Assembly (NCBI GenBank): GCA_963664705.1
Contig: OY761556.1
Coordinates: 2,240,001 to 2,304,000 of the forward strand
Reading direction: 5' to 3'
Source of the DNA: Acidobacteriota bacterium
Lineage (GTDB): Bacteria; Acidobacteriota; UBA6911
Length of the DNA stretch: 64,000 nt
The notes under the pieces are model-generated. The model saw only the letters and a program-made list of their open reading frames with translations. It did not search any database and was not told the DNA's origin. Numbering within the stretch: position 1 is the stretch's first letter; each line of letters opens with the position of its first letter. The position numbers and the translations under genes are program-made. This document shows, one piece after another, positions 1-9,161 of the stretch.

Positions 1-485
1 CGCCATCCTGGCCAAGAAGCTATATGCCTTCCGATCAGTCCACGCGTGACCTGATCGCAAACATGAAGCTCATTGCCATCCCGGAATTGATCCGGGGCAA
101 ACGCATCGTCATCTGCGATGACTCTATTGTGCGCGGCACGCAGCTCCGCAAAATGATCAAAGATAAGCTTCTGGCTCACGGAGCCAAAGAGGTGCATCTC
201 CGAATCGCCTGCCCGCCGCTGATGTTTCCGTGCATTTTCAACCAGTCCACACGAACGACAAAAGAACTGGCCGCGCGAAAAGCGATCCGCATCCTGGAAG
301 GAGAAGACATCCAGAGCACCGGCGAATATATCGACAACAAATCAGCCGGGCACGAAAAAATGGTGGAAACAGTGGCGAAGGAGCTTGGAGCAAATTCGCT
401 GATGTATCAACGCCTCGATGACATGGCCGCGGCAATCGGGCTGCCGACGGACCGTCTGTGCACTTATTGCTGGATGGGGAAATAA
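1..485 (+). CDS. purF: amidophosphoribosyltransferase, C-terminal part (5' truncated by window edge)
   Basis: Frame open from position 3 (PSWPRSYMPSDQ...); PRPP-binding motif ICDDSIVRGT, HLRIACPPL..PC and terminal CTYCW Fe-S motif. Confidence 0.9.
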   Translation, partial: PSWPRSYMPSDQSTRDLIANMKLIAIPELIRGKRIVICDDSIVRGTQLRKMIKDKLLAHGAKEVHLRIACPPLMFPCIFNQSTRTTKELAARKAIRILEGEDIQSTGEYIDNKSAGHEKMVETVAKELGANSLMYQRLDDMAAAIGLPTDRLCTYCWMGK

Positions 486-493
486 TGGATTGG

Positions 494-528
494 GGACACG
501 GAAAGTATAAAGAAATCTTTCCGTGTCC
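494..528. terminator. hairpin between convergent purF and Mo-enzyme genes (bidirectional terminator or REP-like)
   Basis: GGACACGGAAAG ... CTTTCCGTGTCC 12-bp inverted repeat, followed by a T-rich stretch. Confidence 0.55.
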
Positions 529-555
529 TCCGTTTTTCTTCGGCGTTTTTCCCGC

Positions 556-2994
556 CTAGGCTTTGCCGAGCGCCTTCAAAACAGAGTCCGGTGTGACCGG
601 ATAGCTGTCGACCCAGACCCCCAGCGCATTATGGACGGCAGGCACGAGCAGTGCCGGAACCACGGTGGCAACATCTTCTGCAATTCCGATGATTCCGTAC
701 GGGCCATATCCCATGCCGGTTTCAACGAGATCAGTGTTTACCGATCCGATGTCCTCGATTGTGGCGATTTTGTAATCCAGAAGGTTGCCGTTGAGCATGA
801 CACCGGTGGCCGGATCGTGAATCACCTCTTCGCTGCGGCCGCGTCCTACGGCCATATAGGTTCCGCCGTACTGCTGCCCCTCGCAGCCCTCCCAGCTCAC
901 GACTTTTCCCACGTCATTGACATTTACAACCTTGGTGACCTCAACCTCGCCTGTCTCCGGATCCACCTCGACTTCCATAAAGTGCGCCTGCCGGCACAGT
1001 CGCAGACGCTGGCTGGCATAGGCTCCCTGCTGCACTTGCCAACCGTAGGCAAAGAGCGGTTCCGTAAAGTTGCTCCGCTGGGCGCCCTTTCCCATTTCCG
1101 GCTGCGTGGTGATCGGCCCTTCGCCGCCGGCGGGCCCCACCAGTTCCGCGATCGTTTTTCGAATGGAGGGATCTTTCCTGACGAATATGATGCTGTCCTT
1201 GATGTCCAGGTCTTCCGGGGTCATTCCCGGAAAAACCGGAGGGAAGCTTCCCCGGATCGTCTGCCCCTGGGGTTTGGTGGCCAGCTCCAGAATTCTGCTG
1301 CGAAGAATTCTCGCGGCATTCCGGACGGCAAATCCGTTGACAGACATATTCGTGGAAGAGTCCGGGGTCATGGTAAAAAAGCCAGGATCCGTATGGGGAC
1401 GATAAAACACATCTTCCATTTTCAGCCCAAGCTCATCCGCGGCAATCTGGCAATAGGCTGTTTCAGCGTTTACACCGATATCGCATCGCATGCCCAGGAT
1501 GTTGGCGGTGCCGTCATTCCGCTCAATTCGTATCGCAATTTCACTCGATCCGGAAGAATCCTCCCACTCGTGAGTCCAGGCAAAAGCCATGCCGTGCATT
1601 TTTCCGTTCGGCAATCTTCTGGCGCCGGCGGCATGCCATTTGCCGTCCCAGTCGATTGCAGTCTTCCCTTTCTCCACACATTCCTGGAGACTGTCTCTGA
1701 CCTGGAATCCCATCGCGGCTTTCTGCTCATTCAGCCAATCTATGTCGTGCCCCTCGGCTCCGTCATTCTTGAGCGCAATCTCGACGGGATCCATCCCGAG
1801 AGCTTCCGCGACACGGTTGGTAATCAGCGTAAGCGTCAGGCAGTTTGAGTTCTGCTCACATCGAGTCGGAACATTGGGTCCTTTGTTCACCTGGATTGCT
1901 TCCAGCTTCGCGGCAATATTTTGAATTTTTGTATTTTCGCCAAGATGATGGAACGCGCCGAAAACGGGGAACCATTGATTGGCAACCATCGCTTTCCCCT
2001 CGACAGCGGTGATGGTTCCATCCTTTTGAAATCCCACTTTGATCCAATAGATTCCTTCGTCCATCTCGCCGCCGTAGAAATCTTCTCTGCGGTCGAACAC
2101 CCACTTCACCGGCCGGCCGGTGCGTTTGGCAATCATGGACGCACAGAAGTACGGTCCCATGTTCCACGAACAATGGCTCCAGCCGCCAAAGCTGGCTCCC
2201 TGATAAAGACAATGGACTTGGACTCGGTTCATAGGAACACCGGACCATTCCGAGATTGCCTTCTTGCTGATGAGCGGGTGCTGGTGTTTCAGCCAGAATT
2301 CAGGATATTCGCCGTTCCAGCGAACCACGCCACACGGCCGTTCCGGCCCCATCCAGGTATTGGCGGTGCGCGTCACTTTAAACTCGATCGTCTGATCCGC
2401 TTCGGAAAATCCGCGGACAACATCCCCGTGCTTTTCGACATCGAGGAATCCTTCGTTGTAATGATTCCCGTCCGGAGACATTTCGGGATTTGCCAATGGT
2501 GCGTCCCTCAGGGCTGCCTTCTCCGGATCAATCACAAAGGGCCTTTCGTCCCACTCAACCTCAATCAAGCTCAGCGCTTCATCCACAATTTGCTCGGTAT
2601 CCGCGGCAACCATGACCCCAACTTCCTCTCCCTGGAAGTAAGCGGTATCCGGCAGCACGGTAACCTGGTTCGGCACATGCCCACCCAGGTTGGCCAGTTT
2701 GGGAATCTCCGGATCATCGTAGCGCAGCACCGCGCGGACTCCTGGATAGGATTCGGCCTTACGGGTGTCCATGCTTCGAATCCTTGCACTCGGATAAGGA
2801 GAGGTGAGGAATTTGGCATGCAGCATTCCAGGGAGTTGCAGGTCAATTGTATACACGGCGCGTCCGCTTGCCTTTTCATAGCCATCCAGACGCCGGACTC
2901 CGCGTCGGCCTATGGCAGCGTAGTCCTGCAGCGGGAATTGGTCGGAATTCAGATTGTCCAGCGTTTCCGCGATCTTGCGCATTTCTTCGTTCAT
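556..2994 (-). CDS. xanthine dehydrogenase/aldehyde oxidoreductase family molybdopterin-binding subunit
   Basis: IGRRGVRRLDGYEKASGRAVY, LPGMLHAKFLTSPYPSARI, EVEVDPETGEVEV, EGQQYGG, NGNLLDYKI; start taken at ATG 2994 (MNEEMRK) with GGAG RBS. Confidence 0.88.
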   Translation of the reverse strand: MNEEMRKIAETLDNLNSDQFPLQDYAAIGRRGVRRLDGYEKASGRAVYTIDLQLPGMLHAKFLTSPYPSARIRSMDTRKAESYPGVRAVLRYDDPEIPKLANLGGHVPNQVTVLPDTAYFQGEEVGVMVAADTEQIVDEALSLIEVEWDERPFVIDPEKAALRDAPLANPEMSPDGNHYNEGFLDVEKHGDVVRGFSEADQTIEFKVTRTANTWMGPERPCGVVRWNGEYPEFWLKHQHPLISKKAISEWSGVPMNRVQVHCLYQGASFGGWSHCSWNMGPYFCASMIAKRTGRPVKWVFDRREDFYGGEMDEGIYWIKVGFQKDGTITAVEGKAMVANQWFPVFGAFHHLGENTKIQNIAAKLEAIQVNKGPNVPTRCEQNSNCLTLTLITNRVAEALGMDPVEIALKNDGAEGHDIDWLNEQKAAMGFQVRDSLQECVEKGKTAIDWDGKWHAAGARRLPNGKMHGMAFAWTHEWEDSSGSSEIAIRIERNDGTANILGMRCDIGVNAETAYCQIAADELGLKMEDVFYRPHTDPGFFTMTPDSSTNMSVNGFAVRNAARILRSRILELATKPQGQTIRGSFPPVFPGMTPEDLDIKDSIIFVRKDPSIRKTIAELVGPAGGEGPITTQPEMGKGAQRSNFTEPLFAYGWQVQQGAYASQRLRLCRQAHFMEVEVDPETGEVEVTKVVNVNDVGKVVSWEGCEGQQYGGTYMAVGRGRSEEVIHDPATGVMLNGNLLDYKIATIEDIGSVNTDLVETGMGYGPYGIIGIAEDVATVVPALLVPAVHNALGVWVDSYPVTPDSVLKALGKA

Positions 2995-3181
2995 TGGCTG
3001 CTCCGGATTTGTTGCCACAATATGACAAATGCCTTCGCAAATTCCACTGTATTCGTTATCCGCTTGAAATGGGAAAAGTCCCTGAGGCGATCGGATCGTC
3101 AAGGCATAAATCGTGAAATGCCTTTGACTTGGACCGGCGTCCATTTTAGCATTAGGGCACAGGTATAGGGAGGACAGGTGA

Positions 3182-3583
3182 ATGCCGCATAATGATAAAG
3201 ACGATTCGAAACAGACGGTTTCCAAAACGATCTCGCGCCGAGACTTCGCAAAAGGCTCGATGGCCGTGGTGGGGGCCTACTCCTCTTTTGCCCAGGAACC
3301 GCCTCCGCCTCTGTCCGATGCGGCCAAAGAAATAAAGCTCGAACTATCCGACGATGTGCAAAAGGTTCTAGATGAAAGGCACATCACCGAGGAGGATATC
3401 AAGCGGGTGATTGAAAATGCCGAGAGTACCGGGCTGAAGCTCTACCTGCCGGGAACGCAGAACTTCCTGTCAAAGCTGCGGATATACCAGGCATTGTTCT
3501 ATGTGGAGTATACGCTGGTGGAGAAGAATCGCTTTAAGGTTCATACGGCATATCTGCACCGATTCAAACTGGGGGAGGAATGA
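3182..3583 (+). CDS. small protein with Tat-like leader; domain resembles C-terminus of DVU_1558-like dicluster oxidoreductases
   Basis: SRRDFAK then short hydrophobic stretch; LDERHITEEDIKRVIENAESTGLKL..FYVEY..VHTAYLHRF resembles that C-terminal domain (from memory). Confidence 0.6.
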   Translation: MPHNDKDDSKQTVSKTISRRDFAKGSMAVVGAYSSFAQEPPPPLSDAAKEIKLELSDDVQKVLDERHITEEDIKRVIENAESTGLKLYLPGTQNFLSKLRIYQALFYVEYTLVEKNRFKVHTAYLHRFKLGEE

Positions 3584-3584
3584 C

Positions 3585-3770
3585 ATGGCCGACTGGTATT
3601 GCTTTCAGGATAAGGAGAAGATGGTCGAGGCCCAGGTAACCCTAAGCTATATGATGCTCTCGCAGAGAGTCCCTGGACTCAGATGCCCGGTTTGCGGCAC
3701 CGAGTATCTTACCGAAAAGACGGTCATGTCGATTGTGAAGGAAGCGGAAAACATACTCGAAGGAAAATAG
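3585..3770 (+). CDS. DVU_1557-like small zinc-ribbon/redox protein
   Basis: MADWYCFQD...LRCPVCGTEYL...EAENILEGK, 61 aa; GGAGG RBS; starts 1 nt after upstream stop. Confidence 0.7.
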   Translation: MADWYCFQDKEKMVEAQVTLSYMMLSQRVPGLRCPVCGTEYLTEKTVMSIVKEAENILEGK

Positions 3771-3779
3771 TCTCCACGC

Positions 3780-5093
3780 ATGGCCATTGCTCAAAACCAA
3801 ACCGAGAGCCTCTGTCCTTATTGCCTCCGGCAAATCGACGCGCGCAGAGTGCGCGACGAAGATTCCGTGTACCTGGAAAAATCGTGTCCCGAACACGGAG
3901 ACCTCGAAAGAGTTCTTGTCTGGAAAGATTCCCCCTGGCCTTATGAAGCATGGGACCGCGGAAGATCCAAACCGCACGCAACCGTCGCGCAATCTCAAAC
4001 GGATCCGTCCCAACTGCAGGGCTGCCCCCTCGATTGCGGAATCTGCAGCCGCCACGAACAAGCCACCTGCACGGCTATTATCGAAGTGACGCGGGAATGC
4101 AATCTGCAATGCCCGGTTTGCTTCGCCTCAGCGCCAACCGGAACCGGAGCAGGTCCGGATTTGTCCACAATCGAGGAAATGCTGATCACCGTGCGAACGA
4201 CGCGGGGAATTTGCCCTATTCAGCTCAGCGGGGGCGAACCGACGCTTCGGAATGATCTGCCTCAAATCGTGGAGCTTGCCCGAAAACTGGGATTCGATCA
4301 TATTCAAATCAACACCAACGGCATCCGCATTGCCCGGGATGAGTCATTCGCGCAATCACTCAAGGACGCAGGTGTCACCGATTTCTTTCTCCAGTTTGAC
4401 GGCCTGACCGACGATGTCTATGCACGGATTCGAGGCGCGCGACTTTTGACGGTCAAGCTTCAGGCTATCGAACGCTGCGCTCAACTAAAAGTGGGGGTCA
4501 TTCTCGTTCCAACCCTGGTCCGCGATGTCAATGACATGCAGATAGGACAAATCATCCAGTTTGCAAAAAAATGGATTCCCACGGTGAAGGGCGTCCACTT
4601 CCAGCCAATGACCTATTTGGGCCGGTACCCGGATTCACCCTGCAATAGCGAGCGTATCCTGATCCCGGAAATTCTGATAGCGATAGAGGAACAGACGGAG
4701 GGAGAGCTGCTCGCCGAAAATATGGTACCGCCTGGGTGAGAGGAGCCTCACTGCTCCTTTTCCGCCCTCTCCGTGCTGAGAGAAGATGGGATCCTGACGG
4801 CCACGACACGCTTTGACACTCCGGCGGGAGCAGTCTATTCCCACGAAAATGCTGCCGAGAAATCAAAGGACTATGTCCGCCGCCACTGGAGATATCACGA
4901 ACCCGCGCCCGACTCCCAAGACATCCTGGAAAGAGCCAAAAGTCACACTCTGTGCATTTCAGGCATGGCATTTCAGGATGCGTGGAATATTGACCTTGCG
5001 CGGCTCAGGCGCTGCTGTATTCACGTTGTTACGCCGCAAAAAAAAGTGATTCCCTTCTGCTCCTATTACCTAAATACCGGAGTCAGGCCCTGA
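3780..5093 (+). CDS. radical SAM (seleno)protein, TrsS-like; in-frame UGA at 4737-4739 read as Sec
   Basis: TESLCPYC..KSCPEHG, CPLDCGIC..H, CNLQCPVCF (CxxxCxxC), LSGGEPT; after PPG-UGA the frame continues EEPHCSFSAL...MAFQDAWNIDLARLRRCCIHVVT..IPFCSYYL. Confidence 0.85.
4740..4782 (+). promoter_or_regulatory. candidate bacterial SECIS hairpin(s) downstream of the UGA
   Basis: GAGGAGC-CUCACU-GCUCCUU immediately after UGA and CUCUC-CGUGCU-GAGAG about 30 nt downstream; which one is functional, if either, cannot be decided by eye. Confidence 0.4.
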
Positions 5094-5099
5094 AAAAAT

Positions 5100-6437
5100 A
5101 TGATTTATTTGGAGGGGTGGATCCGTCAGATTGTTGCACAGGTGTTGAACCGGACGGCTGTGGATCGTGCGGCCATCGATGCCTATCAATGTCTCCGGCT
5201 GCGCCAGACGCTGCGCTATGCCTATGAACGAAGCTCCTTTTACCGGCAGCATTTTAGCAGCGCCGGTGTCACTCCCGATGACATTCATGATATAAACGAT
5301 CTTTCCCGCCTGCCCTTTACGGAACCGGAGCATTTGGCCGCCTCGCCTTATCGGTTTCTTTGCATTTCCCAATCCGAAATTGCCCGCCCGCATGCTTTTG
5401 TTACCTCCGGTACAACGGGACCGCAAAAAAAAGTTTTCTGGAGCCAGCGCGATCTGGACCGGATTGTCGAGTTTATGGCTGCAGGCATTGCGACGGTTGC
5501 AGACGAAGAGGATGTTGTGCAGATCCTCCTTGCAGATGGACGCCCGTACAGCCAGGCGGATCTGCTGTACCGAGGCGTGCAAAGGCTTGGAGCCAACCCT
5601 GTGATCAGCGGTATGGATATTGGCTCGGATGAACAGCTGCGCATCCTCGAGGAGTCTCACGCGACGGTGCTCTTCGGATACACCCACCAGATCTTTCGCC
5701 TTTCAAAAGACCTTCAAAACAAAACGGACCTTGCCGCCAGGAAAGTAAAGGCGCTTTTCCTCGCCGGAGCTTACGTACCGCCATTGATGCGTCATGAACT
5801 GGAGCATATCTGGAATTGCCGGGTTCACACTCACTACGGATTGACCGAGATGGGATTGGGCGTAGCGGTCGAATGCGATGCGCATGCGGGGTATCACTTC
5901 AATGAAGCCGGCCTTCTTATCGAAGTTGTGAATCCGAAAACAGGGATTGCGGCAGCTCCCGGGGAAGAAGGAGAGCTTGTGTTTACAACGCTTGCCCGCG
6001 AAGCCATGCCGCTCATCCGCTACCGTACACGTGATCTGTCGCGAATACTCCCGGATCCGTGTCCGTGCGGCGCACACAGCCTGCAGCGAATCGACTATGT
6101 CCGCAAGCGGCTGGAATCCATGATTTCGCTTGGCGGGAAAGAAGAAATCTATCCAGCGCTGCTGGATGATGCGCTCTATGGGATTCCTGGCTTGGTGGAC
6201 TACCAGGCGGTGCTGATGCGGGGGGAGAGCCTGTCCCGGCTGAAAGTTACGGCGGATATGTTGTCGGAGAATGCCCATGCATCGGAACAGATCCGTATGC
6301 AGCTACAATCAATTCCGGCCATTGCCAGGAGCATGGCAGCCGGAAAACTGGCCCGTCCAGAGGTCTCTATTGCGGCTCCCGGCGCACTGAAATCAGCCGG
6401 TCGCGAGAAGAAGCTGATAATAGTCAACAGCCAATAG
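5100..6437 (+). CDS. phenylacetate-CoA ligase-like AMP-dependent ligase (DVU_1553-like)
   Basis: TSGTTGPQK, HYGLTEMG, GELVFTTLAREAMPLIRYRTRD, PCPCG. Confidence 0.85.
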   Translation: MIYLEGWIRQIVAQVLNRTAVDRAAIDAYQCLRLRQTLRYAYERSSFYRQHFSSAGVTPDDIHDINDLSRLPFTEPEHLAASPYRFLCISQSEIARPHAFVTSGTTGPQKKVFWSQRDLDRIVEFMAAGIATVADEEDVVQILLADGRPYSQADLLYRGVQRLGANPVISGMDIGSDEQLRILEESHATVLFGYTHQIFRLSKDLQNKTDLAARKVKALFLAGAYVPPLMRHELEHIWNCRVHTHYGLTEMGLGVAVECDAHAGYHFNEAGLLIEVVNPKTGIAAAPGEEGELVFTTLAREAMPLIRYRTRDLSRILPDPCPCGAHSLQRIDYVRKRLESMISLGGKEEIYPALLDDALYGIPGLVDYQAVLMRGESLSRLKVTADMLSENAHASEQIRMQLQSIPAIARSMAAGKLARPEVSIAAPGALKSAGREKKLIIVNSQ

Positions 6438-7112
6438 TCATCTTCGCCCCGTTACCGGGTGCGGATAGTGAAATGGGACAATCACGGCGTTCGGCCAGAA
6501 ACGAAATCCTCCCGGCTTCAGTTCATCCGGGCCGCGCGGGTCTTCCGGATACGTTCGGGTATACGGCGAAACCATCAGCAGGTCTACCGGAGAATGCGCC
6601 CAACCCTTGGCATATTCCGCCTGCCATACGAGGTTGTAATTAAAAACTTTTATCTTCCACACGCCATTTTCTTTTATATACGAATTCTCATAAACGCCCC
6701 CTTCCCAGAACTGGCTGGGTATGGGGGTATCCTCCAGCCGGGTTTCATGAACGCCACCAACCATGAAGCAGCGGAAGCGTGCCTTTGCCTTCAGCCGGTC
6801 TGAAGACACATCAATGATGTCCTGCGCCATCAGGTGCTCTGTCAGGACGCCATAGGATGGGCCGTTGATATCGAACCCGGAGCCCCACATCCTGCGCGCT
6901 CCTTTCTTTCCTTTGAAAATACCGTTCAGAAAATAAACCTCGCAATCCTCTGAGAACAAATCGACAACATCCGCAAAGAGCCATTTGTCGAAGTAATAAC
7001 CATATTTGAAATGGAGCGTGCGAATCGCCTGGATGTCCTCCAGCACGCCTGTGCGGTACATCAATTCAGCGACCTGTGCTTTCAAAGCGATAACTTCTTC
7101 CTCAACGGACAT
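6438..7112 (-). CDS. SnoaL-like / NTF2-fold protein (LdpA/LinA/BaiE-like lyase or dehydratase)
   Basis: LEDIQAIRTLHFKYGYYFD, GVYENSYIKENGVWKIK, PFHYPHPVTG. Confidence 0.8.
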   Translation of the reverse strand: MSVEEEVIALKAQVAELMYRTGVLEDIQAIRTLHFKYGYYFDKWLFADVVDLFSEDCEVYFLNGIFKGKKGARRMWGSGFDINGPSYGVLTEHLMAQDIIDVSSDRLKAKARFRCFMVGGVHETRLEDTPIPSQFWEGGVYENSYIKENGVWKIKVFNYNLVWQAEYAKGWAHSPVDLLMVSPYTRTYPEDPRGPDELKPGGFRFWPNAVIVPFHYPHPVTGRR

Positions 7113-7121
7113 GGAGATCTC

Positions 7122-7967
7122 CTAACCCCGAAGTGCGGGAGGCAATGGCAGGCCAGTAAGCTTCGCGAAATCCGAGCTTTCGTGCAGCATGGCGTCCAGG
7201 TTGTCCGATAATTCAAGATATCTTCCTGATAATGTATCATAGCGACCCGAGGCAAGATCAATACATCGTTGCGCACATCTTTCCAGGTCGAGCTCAGACG
7301 CCGGGTCCGCTTTGCGTGCCTTCAGGTGTTCAATCATGTGCGGAACCCATCGCTGAGCACCGGCATCCCGCATTGTTGCCTCGGCCATTCCGGTTATTAC
7401 GAAGCCTGGATCGATCGCAAAGGCGCTGATCCCGTATTCCTTTGTTTCCATCGCGACATACTGGATCAGGCGGTTTTGCGCGCTTTTACCCAGGCAATAG
7501 GCCGACATACTGTGATCGAGCCGGTACGATCCTATGGCGGAAACGCAAATGATTCGGCCGGAACGTCTTTCGATCATGGATGGCAGCACGGAGCGGATAA
7601 ACAGGAATGGTGCCCGAATGTGCACTTCCTGGGCAAACCACCATTCTTCCGGATCAGCCGCAAAAGTCGGTGCAAAGGGCCCGGGAATTCCTGCATTATT
7701 TACCAGGATTGTGGCCGGACCGAAAAATTCCTGAGAACGGCTTACGATTTCCGCCACATCTTCGGGCCGGGTCACATCGCCGCAGACACCAAGAGCTCGG
7801 CCTCCTGCCGCCTCAATTTCCTGAACAGTCTGGTTCAGCTCCGATTGCGTGCGCGATGTTAACGTAACCATTGCGCCTTCCCGCGAAAACCTCAGGGCAA
7901 TGGCTTTGCCAAATCCGCGCCCCGCACCGGTTATGATGGCCACCTGGCCGGCAAGTTCCTGTTTCAT
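7122..7967 (-). CDS. short-chain dehydrogenase/reductase (SDR)
   Basis: TGAGRGFG, VNNAG, YCLGK (YxxxK); start at MKQELAGQ with GGAG RBS. Confidence 0.88.
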   Translation of the reverse strand: MKQELAGQVAIITGAGRGFGKAIALRFSREGAMVTLTSRTQSELNQTVQEIEAAGGRALGVCGDVTRPEDVAEIVSRSQEFFGPATILVNNAGIPGPFAPTFAADPEEWWFAQEVHIRAPFLFIRSVLPSMIERRSGRIICVSAIGSYRLDHSMSAYCLGKSAQNRLIQYVAMETKEYGISAFAIDPGFVITGMAEATMRDAGAQRWVPHMIEHLKARKADPASELDLERCAQRCIDLASGRYDTLSGRYLELSDNLDAMLHESSDFAKLTGLPLPPALRG

Positions 7968-8221
7968 GTTTCGCTCCATGGACAGAGGTCGTATATCGAC
8001 GGCTTTCGCTGCAAATGCAGGCGGATGCGCCGCAGGCTTCACACAATTTTGCAAATTAGGTCAGGACTGCCAGGAACTTTCCGACGGTCTGCTCCGTATT
8101 GCTTTCTTTCGAAAGCAGCTCCCGGCTTCTAATGTTTACGTAACAACGAAATATTTGACCCTATTGTAGCGTAGTATCTATATTAAACACAAACTGAGGA
8201 GATCGAATCATACTGGACGAG

Positions 8222-8246
8222 CGATAGCGGTTGACAATCACTATCG
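8222..8246. promoter_or_regulatory. imperfect 25-bp palindrome containing TTGACA; candidate operator upstream of ferredoxin-AOR
   Basis: CGATAGCGGTTGACAATCACTATCG, 20/25 identical to its reverse complement, in an AT-rich divergent intergenic region. Confidence 0.4.
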
Positions 8247-8356
8247 ATTTGCAGCACAGTAAGCTCGCCATCCCATAATCGGAGTATAGGTTGAGCCTTG
8301 TACGTGGGATCCAACCCAAACGAGATAAATACAATCATTAGTGAAGGAGTAATCCT

Positions 8357-9148
8357 ATGCCTGGAGGCAAAAAAGCTGAAAGCGAAGAAGTTGCTGCCAA
8401 GAAGACATTCTCGAGACGCGATTTTATTGTCACCGGTAGCACAATAGCAGCCGTTGACGCACTGATCGCAACAACTCCTGCAAAAGCCGCCATTCCCGCT
8501 GCCACGCCAGCCAAGGGGACCGCGCTTCCGGAATCCAAAGGTTATCTGATTTATGACAGCAAGAAGTGTGCGGGCTGCACCACCTGTATGCTTAGCTGCT
8601 CGCTGACACACTATGGAGTTCAGAGCTTATCGCTCTCGCGCATCCAGATCATTCAAGACTCCTTCGGCAAATTCCCCACCGATATCAAGATGGCCCCGTG
8701 CCGGCAGTGCAAAACGCCTCCCTGCGTCGAGAATTGCCCGGTCGGCGCTGCCTTTGTGGACACCAAAAACGGAAATATCCGGCGAATCGACAGCAAGAAA
8801 TGTATCGGCTGCCGAACCTGCCTGGCGATGTGTCCGCAACAGCCGCATCGGACCGTCTGGAACCATGTCGAAGGCAAGTCTTCCAAATGCGATCTTTGCC
8901 TGGATACTCCACACTGGAATGAAAAAGGCGGGCCAGGAGGAAAGCAGGCTTGCGTTGAATCCTGTCCGATGAAAGCCATCAAGTTTGTAGCCCAAATCCC
9001 GGATCAGACCGAGACCGATGGCTACGATGTCAATCTGCGAAATGATCACTGGCTGAATCTGGGCTTGGTCGAAAACAGCACGATTATTCCGCCGGCTATG
9101 GCGGCGCAGGCCAAAGCAAAGAAACCCGCACCGAAACCGAAGGAATAG
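8357..9148 (+). CDS. 4x[4Fe-4S] ferredoxin-like subunit with Tat signal (AorA/DmsB-like)
   Basis: SRRDF + Ala-rich leader; CAGCTTCMLSC, CRQC..PCVENCP, CIGCRTCLAMCP, KCDLC..ACVESCP. Confidence 0.9.
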   Translation: MPGGKKAESEEVAAKKTFSRRDFIVTGSTIAAVDALIATTPAKAAIPAATPAKGTALPESKGYLIYDSKKCAGCTTCMLSCSLTHYGVQSLSLSRIQIIQDSFGKFPTDIKMAPCRQCKTPPCVENCPVGAAFVDTKNGNIRRIDSKKCIGCRTCLAMCPQQPHRTVWNHVEGKSSKCDLCLDTPHWNEKGGPGGKQACVESCPMKAIKFVAQIPDQTETDGYDVNLRNDHWLNLGLVENSTIIPPAMAAQAKAKKPAPKPKE

Positions 9149-9161
9149 GGAGGAAGACATT

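Noticed and set aside
3012-3028. TTGCCA-N5-TGACAA operator in the divergent promoter
   Set aside because: Short and imperfect; cannot be distinguished from chance without comparative data.
2995-3225. N-terminal 77-aa extension of the Mo subunit
   Set aside because: Overlaps the divergent gene and promoter; ATG 2994 has an RBS and family similarity starts after it.
3581-3583. Second Sec readthrough at the UGA ending the Tat-like protein
   Set aside because: Readthrough hits TAA within ten codons and the next gene starts in another frame with its own RBS.
4737-4739. Radical SAM as a nonsense pseudogene or two genes
   Set aside because: Both halves are intact and in frame, the stop is UGA at a Cys-like position, and hairpins follow; Sec is more parsimonious, though unproven.
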